From an uncultured candidatus Porisulfidus sp. (GTDB lineage: Bacteria > Pseudomonadota > Gammaproteobacteria > Poriferisulfidales > Poriferisulfidaceae): 64,000 nt of DNA. The notes beneath the pieces are model-generated. The model ran no database searches, was not told where the DNA came from, and saw nothing but the letters and a program-made list of their open reading frames with translations. The DNA is taken from positions 32,001 through 96,000 of the forward strand of contig OZ220480.1 of the NCBI GenBank assembly GCA_965116025.1, read 5' to 3'. This document shows, piece after piece, positions 46,683-56,190 of this stretch; position 1 is the first letter of the stretch, and each line of letters opens with the position of its first letter. Both the position numbers and the translations under genes were made by a program.

Positions 46683-48053
46683 ATGACGACCCCGCTCACC
46701 AACCAAGGCTCTCCCAACTGGGATAACCGCACCCTCTTTCATGGCGACAACCTGAAATTCCTCCGCGCGATGAACAGCGATTCCGTTCATCTCATCGCCA
46801 CCGACCCCCCTTTCAAGAAAGGCAGGGATTTCCACGCCACGCCCGAGAGCCTCGCGTCGGGAGCGTCTTTCCAAGACCGCTGGTCTTGGGATCGAGATGT
46901 GCATACGGAATGGCTGGATCAGATCAGGGACGATTATCCAGCTTTGTGGGAGGTGATTGACGCGGCGAACGCGATCTACATGCGCAAAACGAAAAAGAAC
47001 CTGCGGAAACCCAGAGAAGAAGTCGGCTCAGACATGGGCGCGTTTCTGTGTTTTATGGCCGTGCGTTTGCTGGAAATGCGCAGGGTGTTGCGAGAGGATG
47101 GCAGCATCTACCTGCATTGCGACTGGTCAGCCGGACACTATCTCAAGGCTATCATGGACTCGATTTTCGGACAGAAAAACCTGATCAACGAGGTCGTTTG
47201 GCATTATTCGAACGCCTCGCGCGGAAAGCGCCGGATGGCGAGATCCCACGAGATTATTTTCTGGTACTCAAAGTCCAAAGGAGCTTATCGCTTTAATCGG
47301 GATGATGTGCTGGTGGACTTTCAGAGTGACATGACCGAATGGCGATACACGAAAGGCGGGCAAGCGGGAAAGCCTATGCCCAAGGGGAAGACCCCGGATG
47401 ACGTGATCTCGATCCCCGCCCTGAATGCCATGTCTAAAGAACGCTACGGATATCCCACCCAAAAACCGCTGCAACTGTACGGGCATTTGATTCTGGCGGC
47501 CTCATGCGAAGGCGATATCGTGCTGGATCCTTTCGCTGGGTGTGCAACGACGCTGGTAGCCGCGGAACGGCTAGCGCGCGAATGGGTAGGAATCGACTTA
47601 TGGGGAAAGACGAAAGATGCCGTGCTATCCAGGCTTGAACGAGAAGGCCTACTCGGAAAGTTCACTCGCGCAGAGATGGTTTTTACCAAAACCCCTCCAA
47701 CGCGGACGGACGGTGGGCACGCGACCGTGCCCTATCTGCGCCCAAGAGAATCCATTGAGGAGCCAAGGGATCAATTTCGGTCAAACGCCGAAAGAAAGCG
47801 ATATTTGTTGGAACAGCACGGGCCAAAATGTCAAGGTTGCGACCGAACGTTCGATGACCCGCGCTATTTGGAACTCGACCATAAAACGCCCCGCGCCGAT
47901 GGAGGCAACAACTACATATCCAATCGGGTTTTATTATGCACTCCATGCAATCGAACCAAGAGCCATACTCTCACCTTGTCCGGACTGCGCAGGCTTAACA
48001 AGAAAAATGGCTGGATGGCCAACCAGCAATCCAGTCTCGCGAATCTGAAATGA
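46683..48053 (+). CDS. Beta-class N6/N4 DNA methyltransferase fused to C-terminal HNH endonuclease
   Basis: TDPPF, YPTQKP, LDPFAGCATT; then CQGC..ELDHKTPRADGG..N..LCTPCNRTK. Confidence 0.85.
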   Translation: MTTPLTNQGSPNWDNRTLFHGDNLKFLRAMNSDSVHLIATDPPFKKGRDFHATPESLASGASFQDRWSWDRDVHTEWLDQIRDDYPALWEVIDAANAIYMRKTKKNLRKPREEVGSDMGAFLCFMAVRLLEMRRVLREDGSIYLHCDWSAGHYLKAIMDSIFGQKNLINEVVWHYSNASRGKRRMARSHEIIFWYSKSKGAYRFNRDDVLVDFQSDMTEWRYTKGGQAGKPMPKGKTPDDVISIPALNAMSKERYGYPTQKPLQLYGHLILAASCEGDIVLDPFAGCATTLVAAERLAREWVGIDLWGKTKDAVLSRLEREGLLGKFTRAEMVFTKTPPTRTDGGHATVPYLRPRESIEEPRDQFRSNAERKRYLLEQHGPKCQGCDRTFDDPRYLELDHKTPRADGGNNYISNRVLLCTPCNRTKSHTLTLSGLRRLNKKNGWMANQQSSLANLK

Positions 48054-48116
48054 ATCGGTCAGCACTTTCCATCATGCTACCGTTCTCTCGCCACTCTCCA
48101 CTGGAGAAGTGATCGC

Positions 48117-48871
48117 ATGTTGCCCGCCATCTTGAAACCTGCCGCGACTTACGCGCTCACACGCTTGGGACGCGACCAGGATGGCGGGTATCTGGTGGAA
48201 GAGTCGTCAATTGGAAAGGCGATGCAACTAGTCAGTTGTGGACTCGGCAACGACTGGTCGTTCGAAGAGGACTTTCTGGCGCATGGAGAAGTGCCGTTAC
48301 GGGTATACGACCACACGGTAAGCGAAAAAGCCATGTGCAGGAAGATTCTGAGATCTTCAGGCATTCGACGGATAAAAAATATCGGGGGTACAAAAGGTTT
48401 TTCAGCTCGCCCAGCCGGATACACCATGAGATCATGATTGGCTACGACGCGAAAAACTCGGTTAGCTTGGACCACGTGCTAAGAGAAACGCCATGCCAAT
48501 TCCCGGCATTCGTGAAGATTGATATTGAAGGAGCGGAATACCGAGTGCTGGATGACCTAATTCTGCATGCCGCCAATATCTGTGGATTGGCGATAGAGTT
48601 TCACGATGTAGACTTGCATCAAGACCGCATTGTTAGTTTCGTCCAAAACTTTCCCTTGACCCTAGTGCACATCCACGGAAACAACTTTTCGACCGTTGAC
48701 CCCTTTGAAACAGTGATGGTCATTGAGATGAGTTTCGCGCGAGACCCAATCGAAATCGCCAGCGAACCATCAATCCCGCATCCGTTGGATCGGCCATGCA
48801 ACCCCGCAGAGCCAGAAATCCAGCTCTTTTTCGAGCCAACCGAAACAACTGACAGAAAGTCGCCCTCATAG
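48117..48871 (+). pseudogene. FkbM-like methyltransferase, frameshifted at an A6 tract (48374-48379)
   Basis: RLGRDQDGGY..SCGLGNDWSFE in one frame; VKIDIEGAEY..IEFH..HIHGNN in another. Confidence 0.75.
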
Positions 48872-48878
48872 AACGCCA

Positions 48879-49118
48879 ATGGACGCACGACAAATCGAAA
48901 GTCTGATACGGGCCGGAATTCCCGATGCAAAAGTGACCGTCAGCGGTGGCGAAGGGAAATTCGAGGCGACCGTGATAAGCGGCCAGTTCCAAGACCTGGC
49001 GGCCGTCAAGCGGCATCAATTGGTGTACGCCACCTTGCGGGAGCAAATCGCGGACGGATCACTGCACGCCCTGAGCATCCATCCACTCACGCCAGACGAG
49101 AGCGAGCGGCTCCGTTGA
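48879..49118 (+). CDS. BolA/IbaG family protein
   Basis: F.ATVIS..F..VKRHQLVY..LHALSI. Confidence 0.9.
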   Translation: MDARQIESLIRAGIPDAKVTVSGGEGKFEATVISGQFQDLAAVKRHQLVYATLREQIADGSLHALSIHPLTPDESERLR

Positions 49119-49119
49119 T

Positions 49120-49479
49120 TCAGGGAGTATCGACTCCGCGACCAGCGTCGATCTCGCGCAATCCTTTCTGGCTCGCGTAATACGCCGCCAAATCTTCCAG
49201 ATCCGGTTCAGATAATGGCTGCACTATGGCGGTCATGATCGGATTGGTCCGCTCGCCAGTCTTATAGCTCAGCATGCTGTGTAGCAAATAATCCTGATGC
49301 TGCCCCGCGATGATCGGGAATGTTGGCACTGGACTGTTGCCATCCGATCCGTGACAGGCTTGGCAGGCCATGGACTTCCGTTGTCCGGCCACCGGGTCAC
49401 CAGCTAGCGCCGAGTCAGAAAGCCCAAGCCCCAGCGAAATCGCGGCAGAAGCAAGAGCAGCGCGAAGCGGACGGGTCAT
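49120..49479 (-). CDS. Monoheme class I cytochrome c (c553/c4-like)
   Basis: Signal peptide, CQACH, P.IAGQ, M axial ligand region. Confidence 0.9.
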   Translation of the reverse strand: MTRPLRAALASAAISLGLGLSDSALAGDPVAGQRKSMACQACHGSDGNSPVPTFPIIAGQHQDYLLHSMLSYKTGERTNPIMTAIVQPLSEPDLEDLAAYYASQKGLREIDAGRGVDTP

Positions 49480-49799
49480 TTGAGGGAAGAAAAATACGTG
49501 GCGATATCTCGGATTTGCGCTTCCGAGAGCCGGACCGAATGTGCCCGCATCGTTGGATGGCTGCGCTCACCAGATTGATAAGCTTTCAATGCCGCCACAA
49601 TGTATTCAGCATGCTGGCCACCGAGCTTGGGAACGCGATAGCTCGGGTAGACATTGGTATAGCTCGGAACGGCATGGCAACCAAGACAGGTTCCCGCCAA
49701 GGCGCGTCCGCGCTCAACCGCCGTTTCATCGGCGGAAACCAAGCCGGGGGCCAGCCCTGAAGCGATGGCGATAGCCAAAAAGAAGCCGCGTCCGTGCAT
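49476..49799 (-). CDS. Monoheme class I cytochrome c (c553/c4-like)
   Basis: Signal peptide, CLGCH, VPKLGGQ, HPTM. Confidence 0.9.
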   Translation of the reverse strand: MHGRGFFLAIAIASGLAPGLVSADETAVERGRALAGTCLGCHAVPSYTNVYPSYRVPKLGGQHAEYIVAALKAYQSGERSHPTMRAHSVRLSEAQIRDIATYFSSLK

Positions 49800-49937
49800 G
49801 ATGCTTGCGAGATCCCGAAAAGACTAGCGCAAGAACTCGCTCGCGCCTATGCTAATTATAACACCGCACCCTTCTCCAAGCCGCGCGAGATCTGGATTGG
49901 CGACACCAAAATCCGGTGATGAAACGTGGCCTCAAAA

Positions 49938-51743
49938 TCATATCGCGCCAGGCTTTGGCTTGTTCATCAATGGACACATGTCGCGCATGCAACCGCATGG
50001 CTTGTCTCCACATATCCTCATCTCCTTGATCGCTCGCTCTAACGCTTCTTCCCTAGTCGCCGTAAAACCCTCGCGCCATTCCGGGCTGGCGAATCCGGTC
50101 CGCTCGAAAATTTCCATGATCTCTGGCTTGGCGCGCGTGACAATAAACGTGATGCCCGATTCGACCAATTCCCGGGCGAGATCGTGCAACATGCGCTCTC
50201 CAGTGGAATCAACCTCCGTGATGCTACTGGCATCCACGATAATATAGCGCAGGCTCCCCGCCGAGGATGCCGCGCGCAGGACCTGATCGCTGAAATACCC
50301 CGTATTGGCGAAAAACAGCGGGCCATCGAAACGCAAAATCGATATGCTGCAGCAAGTCTCGAGGATCCTCCGGCGGGCATCCGCGAACTTGCCCGCGTTA
50401 TCTCGCGAAATCAAACTAATATTCGGACGCATGACACGGTAGACAAACAGCCCAAGGGAGAGCAAAACGCCAATTATGATCCCATTCTCGAGATGCGGCG
50501 CGAACGCCAAGGTCAACACGAAAGTGATTACTGACACGACGGCATCATGCCTTTGAACCTTCCAGGCATCGACCACCGGCTTGATTCGGATCAGGCCGAT
50601 CACCGCCATGATGATGACCGAGGCCAGCATGGCTTGCGGCATGTGATACAAAACCGGGGTCAGGAAAAGCAACGTCGCGGCCACGAGAAGTCCGGTCACA
50701 ACGGAAGAGAATCCGGTGGCCGCTCCCGCTTCCAGATTCACCGCGGAGCGGGAAAACGAGCCGGAAACCGCGTACCCTTGGAACAGGCTGGCGGCCAGAT
50801 TTCCCAAGCCTTGACCCAACAGTTCCTGGTTAGCATCCAAATGTTGGCGCGTCCTCTTCATCGACATCGACTTGGCCACGGAGAATGCCTCCATGAAGCC
50901 AATCAGCGAAATGGCGATCGCGGCGCCCGCCAAATCCAGCAGATAGCCAAAATCAACAACCGGAAGAGCGAAACTGGGTAGACCCTCCGGTATCTCGCCC
51001 ACGATCGCTCCACCGAAGTTCTCTTTGAAGCCAATGGCCCAAGACGCTATCGTGGTCAGTACCGCGGCAACCAGGATAGCCGGTACCTTCTTCCAATATC
51101 TGGGCAGAAAGTACATCAAACTGATCGCCACAACGCTCATGACGACCGTGGGCCAGTGCGTGAATTCGGCGGCCGCCACGAAGATGTTCCAGACGGTCTC
51201 GTAATGATGATCGCTCTTCTCGGCCATCACTCCTAGCAATTTCCCGAGTTGGGAAGTGGCGATAATCAATGCCGCGGCATTGGTGAAGCCGACGACGACC
51301 GGGTGCGACAGAAAGTCGACCAGCACCCCTAACCGCAAGAGTCCCAAAGCGATTTGGAACACGCCGACCATCAGCGCGAGCATGATCGCGTAAGCGATGT
51401 AGCCCTCTGACCCAGCCGCCGCGATCGGCTCCAAAGCCGATGCGGTAAGAAGCGAGATTACGGCCACCGGCCCGGTCGCCAACTGGCGCGACGACCCGAA
51501 CAGGGCCGAAACGATCACCGGTAGGAACGATGCGTAGAGACCGTAATACGTGGGTAGACCCGCCAACTGGGCATACGCCATCGACTGTGGGACGATCACC
51601 AAGGCGACGGTGCTTCCCGCGATGAGATCCGCCTTCAGGACGGAAGAGGCGCGCAATTCCGGTAGCCACGCGAGAAATGGCAGGAACCGGGTTTTCAGGT
51701 ATCTCGGAATGTTTTTAGCGGTCTTGACCCAGAATTTCCTCAT
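49938..51743 (-). CDS. SulP family anion permease with STAS domain
   Basis: PQSMAYAQLAGL, GSSRQLATGP, NQEL, GSFSRS, LFFAN STAS. Confidence 0.95.
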   Translation of the reverse strand: MRKFWVKTAKNIPRYLKTRFLPFLAWLPELRASSVLKADLIAGSTVALVIVPQSMAYAQLAGLPTYYGLYASFLPVIVSALFGSSRQLATGPVAVISLLTASALEPIAAAGSEGYIAYAIMLALMVGVFQIALGLLRLGVLVDFLSHPVVVGFTNAAALIIATSQLGKLLGVMAEKSDHHYETVWNIFVAAAEFTHWPTVVMSVVAISLMYFLPRYWKKVPAILVAAVLTTIASWAIGFKENFGGAIVGEIPEGLPSFALPVVDFGYLLDLAGAAIAISLIGFMEAFSVAKSMSMKRTRQHLDANQELLGQGLGNLAASLFQGYAVSGSFSRSAVNLEAGAATGFSSVVTGLLVAATLLFLTPVLYHMPQAMLASVIIMAVIGLIRIKPVVDAWKVQRHDAVVSVITFVLTLAFAPHLENGIIIGVLLSLGLFVYRVMRPNISLISRDNAGKFADARRRILETCCSISILRFDGPLFFANTGYFSDQVLRAASSAGSLRYIIVDASSITEVDSTGERMLHDLARELVESGITFIVTRAKPEIMEIFERTGFASPEWREGFTATREEALERAIKEMRICGDKPCGCMRDMCPLMNKPKPGAI

Positions 51744-51907
51744 GCTCGTCGGTTACGCTTGGTTTCGATAATCCGCCAAAAAGAGTGAGATTACTTTAGC
51801 ATATGGACACTTTGCCCGCAAAACGTCCAGAATGTAAAATGCCCGTCAATGGCTCAATTTCCTCTTTAGTTGGTAATCGGATAGAACACGCGAAGGTATT
51901 GCTGGAC

Positions 51908-52855
51908 ATGGATGAGAAGCGCACCATCATCGTATCGGGAGCGGATGACGCATACATGGGGTTTTTGGATGACATGCTCGCCTCAATACAGGATCGTCTG
52001 CATGAATACGATTTGGGGATCCTCGACTTGGGCCTCTCGGAATGGTCCAGGAAAACGATTCGGAAAAGAAAGCCGAGCGCGCATATCATTGATCCTGGAT
52101 GGCGCTATCACCTTAAATCTACGTCAAAACAGCCCTTATATAAAAAAGCGTATTACGCGAAGCCATTCCTTCCCGACGTGTTCCCTGGATATTCCGGCTA
52201 CATGTGGGTTGATGCCGATGTCTGGTTGCAGGATTCATCCGCGCTAGAGCATTACGCGGTTGCCGCCGAAAACGCTTCGGGCAAAGGCGCGATCGCGTTC
52301 GAATGCCATCCGAGCTATCGAGACATAAGCCATAAGCCTAGGTTTCGGGTGGTGAGGAAATTCGGTATTCTTCCCATTGCGATCCGAATGGTCGGCCGAA
52401 AAGTCTTCCGCTTGGTGTACGACATGTTCGGGGATGGCATTGCCCGGGAATACGGCCTCGCCCCTGACAATAACAGCGGACTGTTCTTCATCCACGCTGA
52501 TTCGCCAGCCTGGAGGGCTTGGCAGAATTATCTGGCTAAGGCGAACCACCGAAACTTCGAGAAGCGGAATTACTTCCCGGACCAGACCTGTCTCAATGTC
52601 GCCCTGAGAAGTGAGAAAATCTCTTTTAGCGTGATGCCGCCAACGTATAACTGGGTTGTCGGCCTTGGATCCCCTTTGCTCCATGCGAACACGGGGATGT
52701 TGCTTGACCCATGCGAGCCCCACCAAAAACTGTATGCCATTCACCTCACTGGAGACAGCGGATCTCGAATTCTCAATCTCCAAACCACAGATGGTGGCCA
52801 GGTTGACGTATCACTGAAACGATCTGAGTTTCTGCGGGGAAAGTCGAGCCACTGA
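51908..52855 (+). CDS. GT-A fold glycosyltransferase (GT8-like)
   Basis: WVDADVW DxD motif, NSGLF, DQTCLN, YNW, IHL. Confidence 0.65.
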   Translation: MDEKRTIIVSGADDAYMGFLDDMLASIQDRLHEYDLGILDLGLSEWSRKTIRKRKPSAHIIDPGWRYHLKSTSKQPLYKKAYYAKPFLPDVFPGYSGYMWVDADVWLQDSSALEHYAVAAENASGKGAIAFECHPSYRDISHKPRFRVVRKFGILPIAIRMVGRKVFRLVYDMFGDGIAREYGLAPDNNSGLFFIHADSPAWRAWQNYLAKANHRNFEKRNYFPDQTCLNVALRSEKISFSVMPPTYNWVVGLGSPLLHANTGMLLDPCEPHQKLYAIHLTGDSGSRILNLQTTDGGQVDVSLKRSEFLRGKSSH

Positions 52856-52870
52856 CCGTGCCTATCTATC

Positions 52871-54049
52871 GTGAAATCACCACCCGCATCTCTTCACAAA
52901 CCCAAATCATCGCTAGGCTCCTGGTTGCGGCTACTCAGAAAAGCCCGGCAACACGCAACGCTCGAGATGATGCGACGCTGGTCTAATTGGAAACGAGATG
53001 CCTCGGAAGTTTATCGGCCAGAAGGCGTTCGCCGCATTTTGGTGACACTGCCGGGAGATGCCATCGGAGAGTCTTTGATGGCCAGCCTGTTTCTGAAAGC
53101 CGTTAAAACTTGCAGGCCTGACATTGAAATCTCCGTCGCCAGCGGAACTCAGACCGCTTCCTTGTATCGAGATTGCGATTCGGTGGACGATATGATTTCG
53201 GTGGGTGGTCGAAGGATGCGCCCCAAAGATCGTATGAATGCGCTTATTAGGGAAATCAAGAACAGAGAAAAATTTGACTTAGTCGCCGACATGCGCACGC
53301 GATTGGATGCCAGAACATTTTCTTTCATGGAGAAAATCGACGCGAGACACTACCTCGGCCATGCCAAGGAACACTATGCCTTGTTTAACCTCAACGTTCC
53401 TCCCAACGTGTCGCACACGTCGGAAAGATGGACGGCGGCATCTCAGATCGTAACAGGACAAGCCGAGCTCCCTTGCCAAAAACCGTCACCCCAAGACTTC
53501 TGCCTTCCAGTTGACACGAGGAAAGTTGAGATTGACCAGTGGCAGAACACCCTTCCTCCATCCAGAGCGCGGATCCTATTCAACTTTTATGGAAGCAGTC
53601 CTCACCGCTGCTTTCCATACCCAGAAGCTTTGCGATTGCTCTGTTCGTGGCAGGAAAGATTCCCCGATGATTTGCTACAGATTCTTCCGATACCGGGGCA
53701 CGAGCCAGAAGCGAGAAGGCTAGCGAGAGAAATTGGTCGCGAGCGTATCACGGTAGCTCCATCTCCGCTCTCCCTTCCAACATCCTTTACTTTGGCGTGC
53801 CAGGCTGACTTGATTTTCACTCCAGATACGGGAATGGTCCATATAGCATCTTCACTAAATACTCCAATTATCGCGATATATGATGACGACTCTCTTAATT
53901 TTTCGGAATGGAAACCCATAAGCGACCATCAAGCTGTCATTTTCACTCGGCCTCCTAAACAGCCGTACGAAAGGGTTGGTGTCCATGAATTCGATTATGC
54001 GGAAATGTGGAAAGCGGTTGATGGCTTATTCGCCAAGATTAATGTCTGA
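52871..54049 (+). CDS. GT9 family (LPS heptosyltransferase-like) glycosyltransferase
   Basis: AIGE near N-terminus, TPDTGMVHIASSL..P.IAIY. Confidence 0.8.
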   Translation: MKSPPASLHKPKSSLGSWLRLLRKARQHATLEMMRRWSNWKRDASEVYRPEGVRRILVTLPGDAIGESLMASLFLKAVKTCRPDIEISVASGTQTASLYRDCDSVDDMISVGGRRMRPKDRMNALIREIKNREKFDLVADMRTRLDARTFSFMEKIDARHYLGHAKEHYALFNLNVPPNVSHTSERWTAASQIVTGQAELPCQKPSPQDFCLPVDTRKVEIDQWQNTLPPSRARILFNFYGSSPHRCFPYPEALRLLCSWQERFPDDLLQILPIPGHEPEARRLAREIGRERITVAPSPLSLPTSFTLACQADLIFTPDTGMVHIASSLNTPIIAIYDDDSLNFSEWKPISDHQAVIFTRPPKQPYERVGVHEFDYAEMWKAVDGLFAKINV

Positions 54050-54092
54050 CACGATATCATATCGCGTTAATCGAGTCAAGATTAATGTCTGA
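54034..54092. repeat. 16-bp direct repeat CAAGATTAATGTCTGA (54034-54049 and 54077-54092)
   Basis: Exact duplication with a 27-bp spacer. Confidence 0.8.
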
Positions 54093-54618
54093 ACGGCTAC
54101 ATCTCTCCCGTGGTCAACGAAACATCCAAAACACGTCTCGTCAGAGGAAAAGACTTTGACACGAAATACCTGCAAGGAAAGGTCTTGGACATCGGAGCGG
54201 GAGCAGACCGAATCTGCCAAAACGCGGAAGGATTTGACACTGATAACGGGGATGCCAATCGAATACTGGATTTTCGAACCAAAGAATCTTATGACACGGT
54301 GTACTCGAGCCATTGCCTTGAGCACATGCTCGATCCACCACAAGCATTGCGACAATGGTGGGAACTGGTAAAGCCTGGCGGATATCTGGTTATGGTGGTA
54401 CCAGACGAGGATCTATATGAACAGGGAATTTGGCCTAGTATTTTCAATACAGACCATAAAGCGACTTTTCGCATGAGCCCACTCCCCTCATGGTCACCTG
54501 TCTCATATGACATCGAGACGCTGGTTGCAGCGTTACCAAAATCATCAGTGATTTCTATTGAAAGGCACGACGCAGATTATGACTACCGCTTAATGGCCAA
54601 ACCGAGAGAAGCGTGGAG

Positions 54619-55950
54619 CCCAGTTTCAACTTTCAAGTGCAACAGCATTGTAACCCGGTGGAGAGCGGCGAGAGCGGCAGGATGACGAAGAGGATCGGGG
54701 GAAGGCGGCGAGGGTCGGTCGCCGGACGGGAAGAACGGCAGGATGGGGGAGAGGGTCGGGGGAAGCCGGCGACAGTCGGCCGCGTTCCGTCCGGGGAAGG
54801 CCGGCCTTCCCCGGACGAATCATCGCCGCGCCAACCTGCCCACTCGAATTTACAAAAGCCGGGACATCTCCTCTCGCCAGGCCCGAACCACCTCCGAATC
54901 CGCTCCGAAAAACGCCTCGTTCGGCGTGCGCCATCCCAAGCAGCGCCGAGGCCGGTTGTTCAGGCTGTCCTCCACCGCCCGCGCCTCCTCCTCCGAGATC
55001 GTGTCGAAGCGCCGCGACTTCGGGAAATACTGCCGGATCAGCCCATTCGCGTTCTCGTTGCTCCCGCGCTGCCAAGAGGAATACGGATCCGCGAAGTAAA
55101 ACTCCGCGCCCAGGAGGCGCGCCACCCGCCGGTGATCCGCGAACTCGGTTCCATTGTCCGAGGTCAAGGTCAGAACCCGGTCCTTCAACGGCGCCAGCAT
55201 GCCGATGATCGCGTCCGCCACCGCGCGCGCCGAGCGCCGGGGCAACCGCTTGAAGCGCACCAGCCGCGACTTGCGCTCGAGCAGCGACGCCAGAACCCCA
55301 CTGCCACGCCGTCCGATCACCGTGTCCGCTTCCCAGTCTCCCAGCCGCGAGCGCGTCTCCACCACCTCCGGACGCTCCTGGATCGGCACCCGCCCCGGAA
55401 TGCGCGACCGGCCCTTCCCGCGCCCATACCGCCGGCGCCGACGGTGGCCTTGCCGCAAATACAGATACAGGTCGCCGCCCCGCCGCCGATCCGCCCATAC
55501 CCAGCGGTAGATGAGCTCGTGGCTCACCTTCGCCAAGCCCTCCTTGTCCAGCCACGCGCTGATCTGCTGCGGGCTCCAGCCCTGCTTCAGCAGCTTCTTG
55601 ACCCGCCTCCACACCGCCGGCGAGACCCGCCGCCGAGCCCGCTTCTGGCGGCGCTCTTTCGCCTTTCGGCACGCCAGCTCGGCCCGGTATCGTCCGCTCC
55701 GAGCGTCGGCGTTCCGCTTCAGCTCGCGGCGCACCGTGCCGCGGTCGACGCCGATCCTTCGCGCCACCTCCGCCTGGCTCATGTCGAGGCCCCGCAGCGC
55801 CTCGATCTGGTAACGTTGGGTCTTGGTGAGTTGCGTGTAACTTCTCATAAGCGCCTCTCTCGGGGGCGGTTTTTGACAATGAGACCTTACCGCAACTCAT
55901 CGCCTACACCGCCATTCTTCGGAGTGTTGCACTTGAAAGTTGAAACTGGG
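54619..55950 (-). mobile_element. IS30-family insertion sequence, copy B (1332 bp, inverted relative to copy A)
   Basis: Same 26-bp IRs; 3-bp target duplication GAG; only a few SNPs from copy A. Confidence 0.95.
54850..55848 (-). CDS. IS30 transposase
   Basis: Same protein as 31439-32437 apart from two residues seen (LTK/LTE, TVR/TVC). Confidence 0.96.
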   Translation of the reverse strand: MRSYTQLTKTQRYQIEALRGLDMSQAEVARRIGVDRGTVRRELKRNADARSGRYRAELACRKAKERRQKRARRRVSPAVWRRVKKLLKQGWSPQQISAWLDKEGLAKVSHELIYRWVWADRRRGGDLYLYLRQGHRRRRRYGRGKGRSRIPGRVPIQERPEVVETRSRLGDWEADTVIGRRGSGVLASLLERKSRLVRFKRLPRRSARAVADAIIGMLAPLKDRVLTLTSDNGTEFADHRRVARLLGAEFYFADPYSSWQRGSNENANGLIRQYFPKSRRFDTISEEEARAVEDSLNNRPRRCLGWRTPNEAFFGADSEVVRAWREEMSRLL

Positions 55951-56190
55951 GAGACCCAAAACTTTTCTCGTCAAATATCTCTACCGAATCGCGCGCCAAG
56001 CACCTAAAGACATGCGACCCACTTGCCGAAAATGGGTCGATAGATACGCCCGCTTCCGAAAGATTCCAGTCGATCAAACCCTCGGGCCGGCTTTAGCGCA
56101 AATTCAAGTCATAGCCCAAAAGCGAAAAAGCCAGAATGAACAATCGAAGATTGACCATCAGAATGATTCTTGAAAATGTCGCTATCCGAA

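Larger units (their letters stand above)
54110..56173 (+). pseudogene. Class I SAM-dependent methyltransferase disrupted by IS30 copy B
   Basis: VLDIGAG, YSSHCLEH, VKPGG; removing the IS and one GAG restores ..REAW-RPKTF..QIQVIAQK. Confidence 0.85.

Noticed and set aside
49120-49799. Tandem cytochrome c pair as a novelty
   Set aside because: Adjacent c553/c4-like monoheme pairs are common in proteobacteria.
54034-54092. Mini-CRISPR interpretation of the 16-bp repeat
   Set aside because: Only two short units, and no cas genes or array anywhere in the window.
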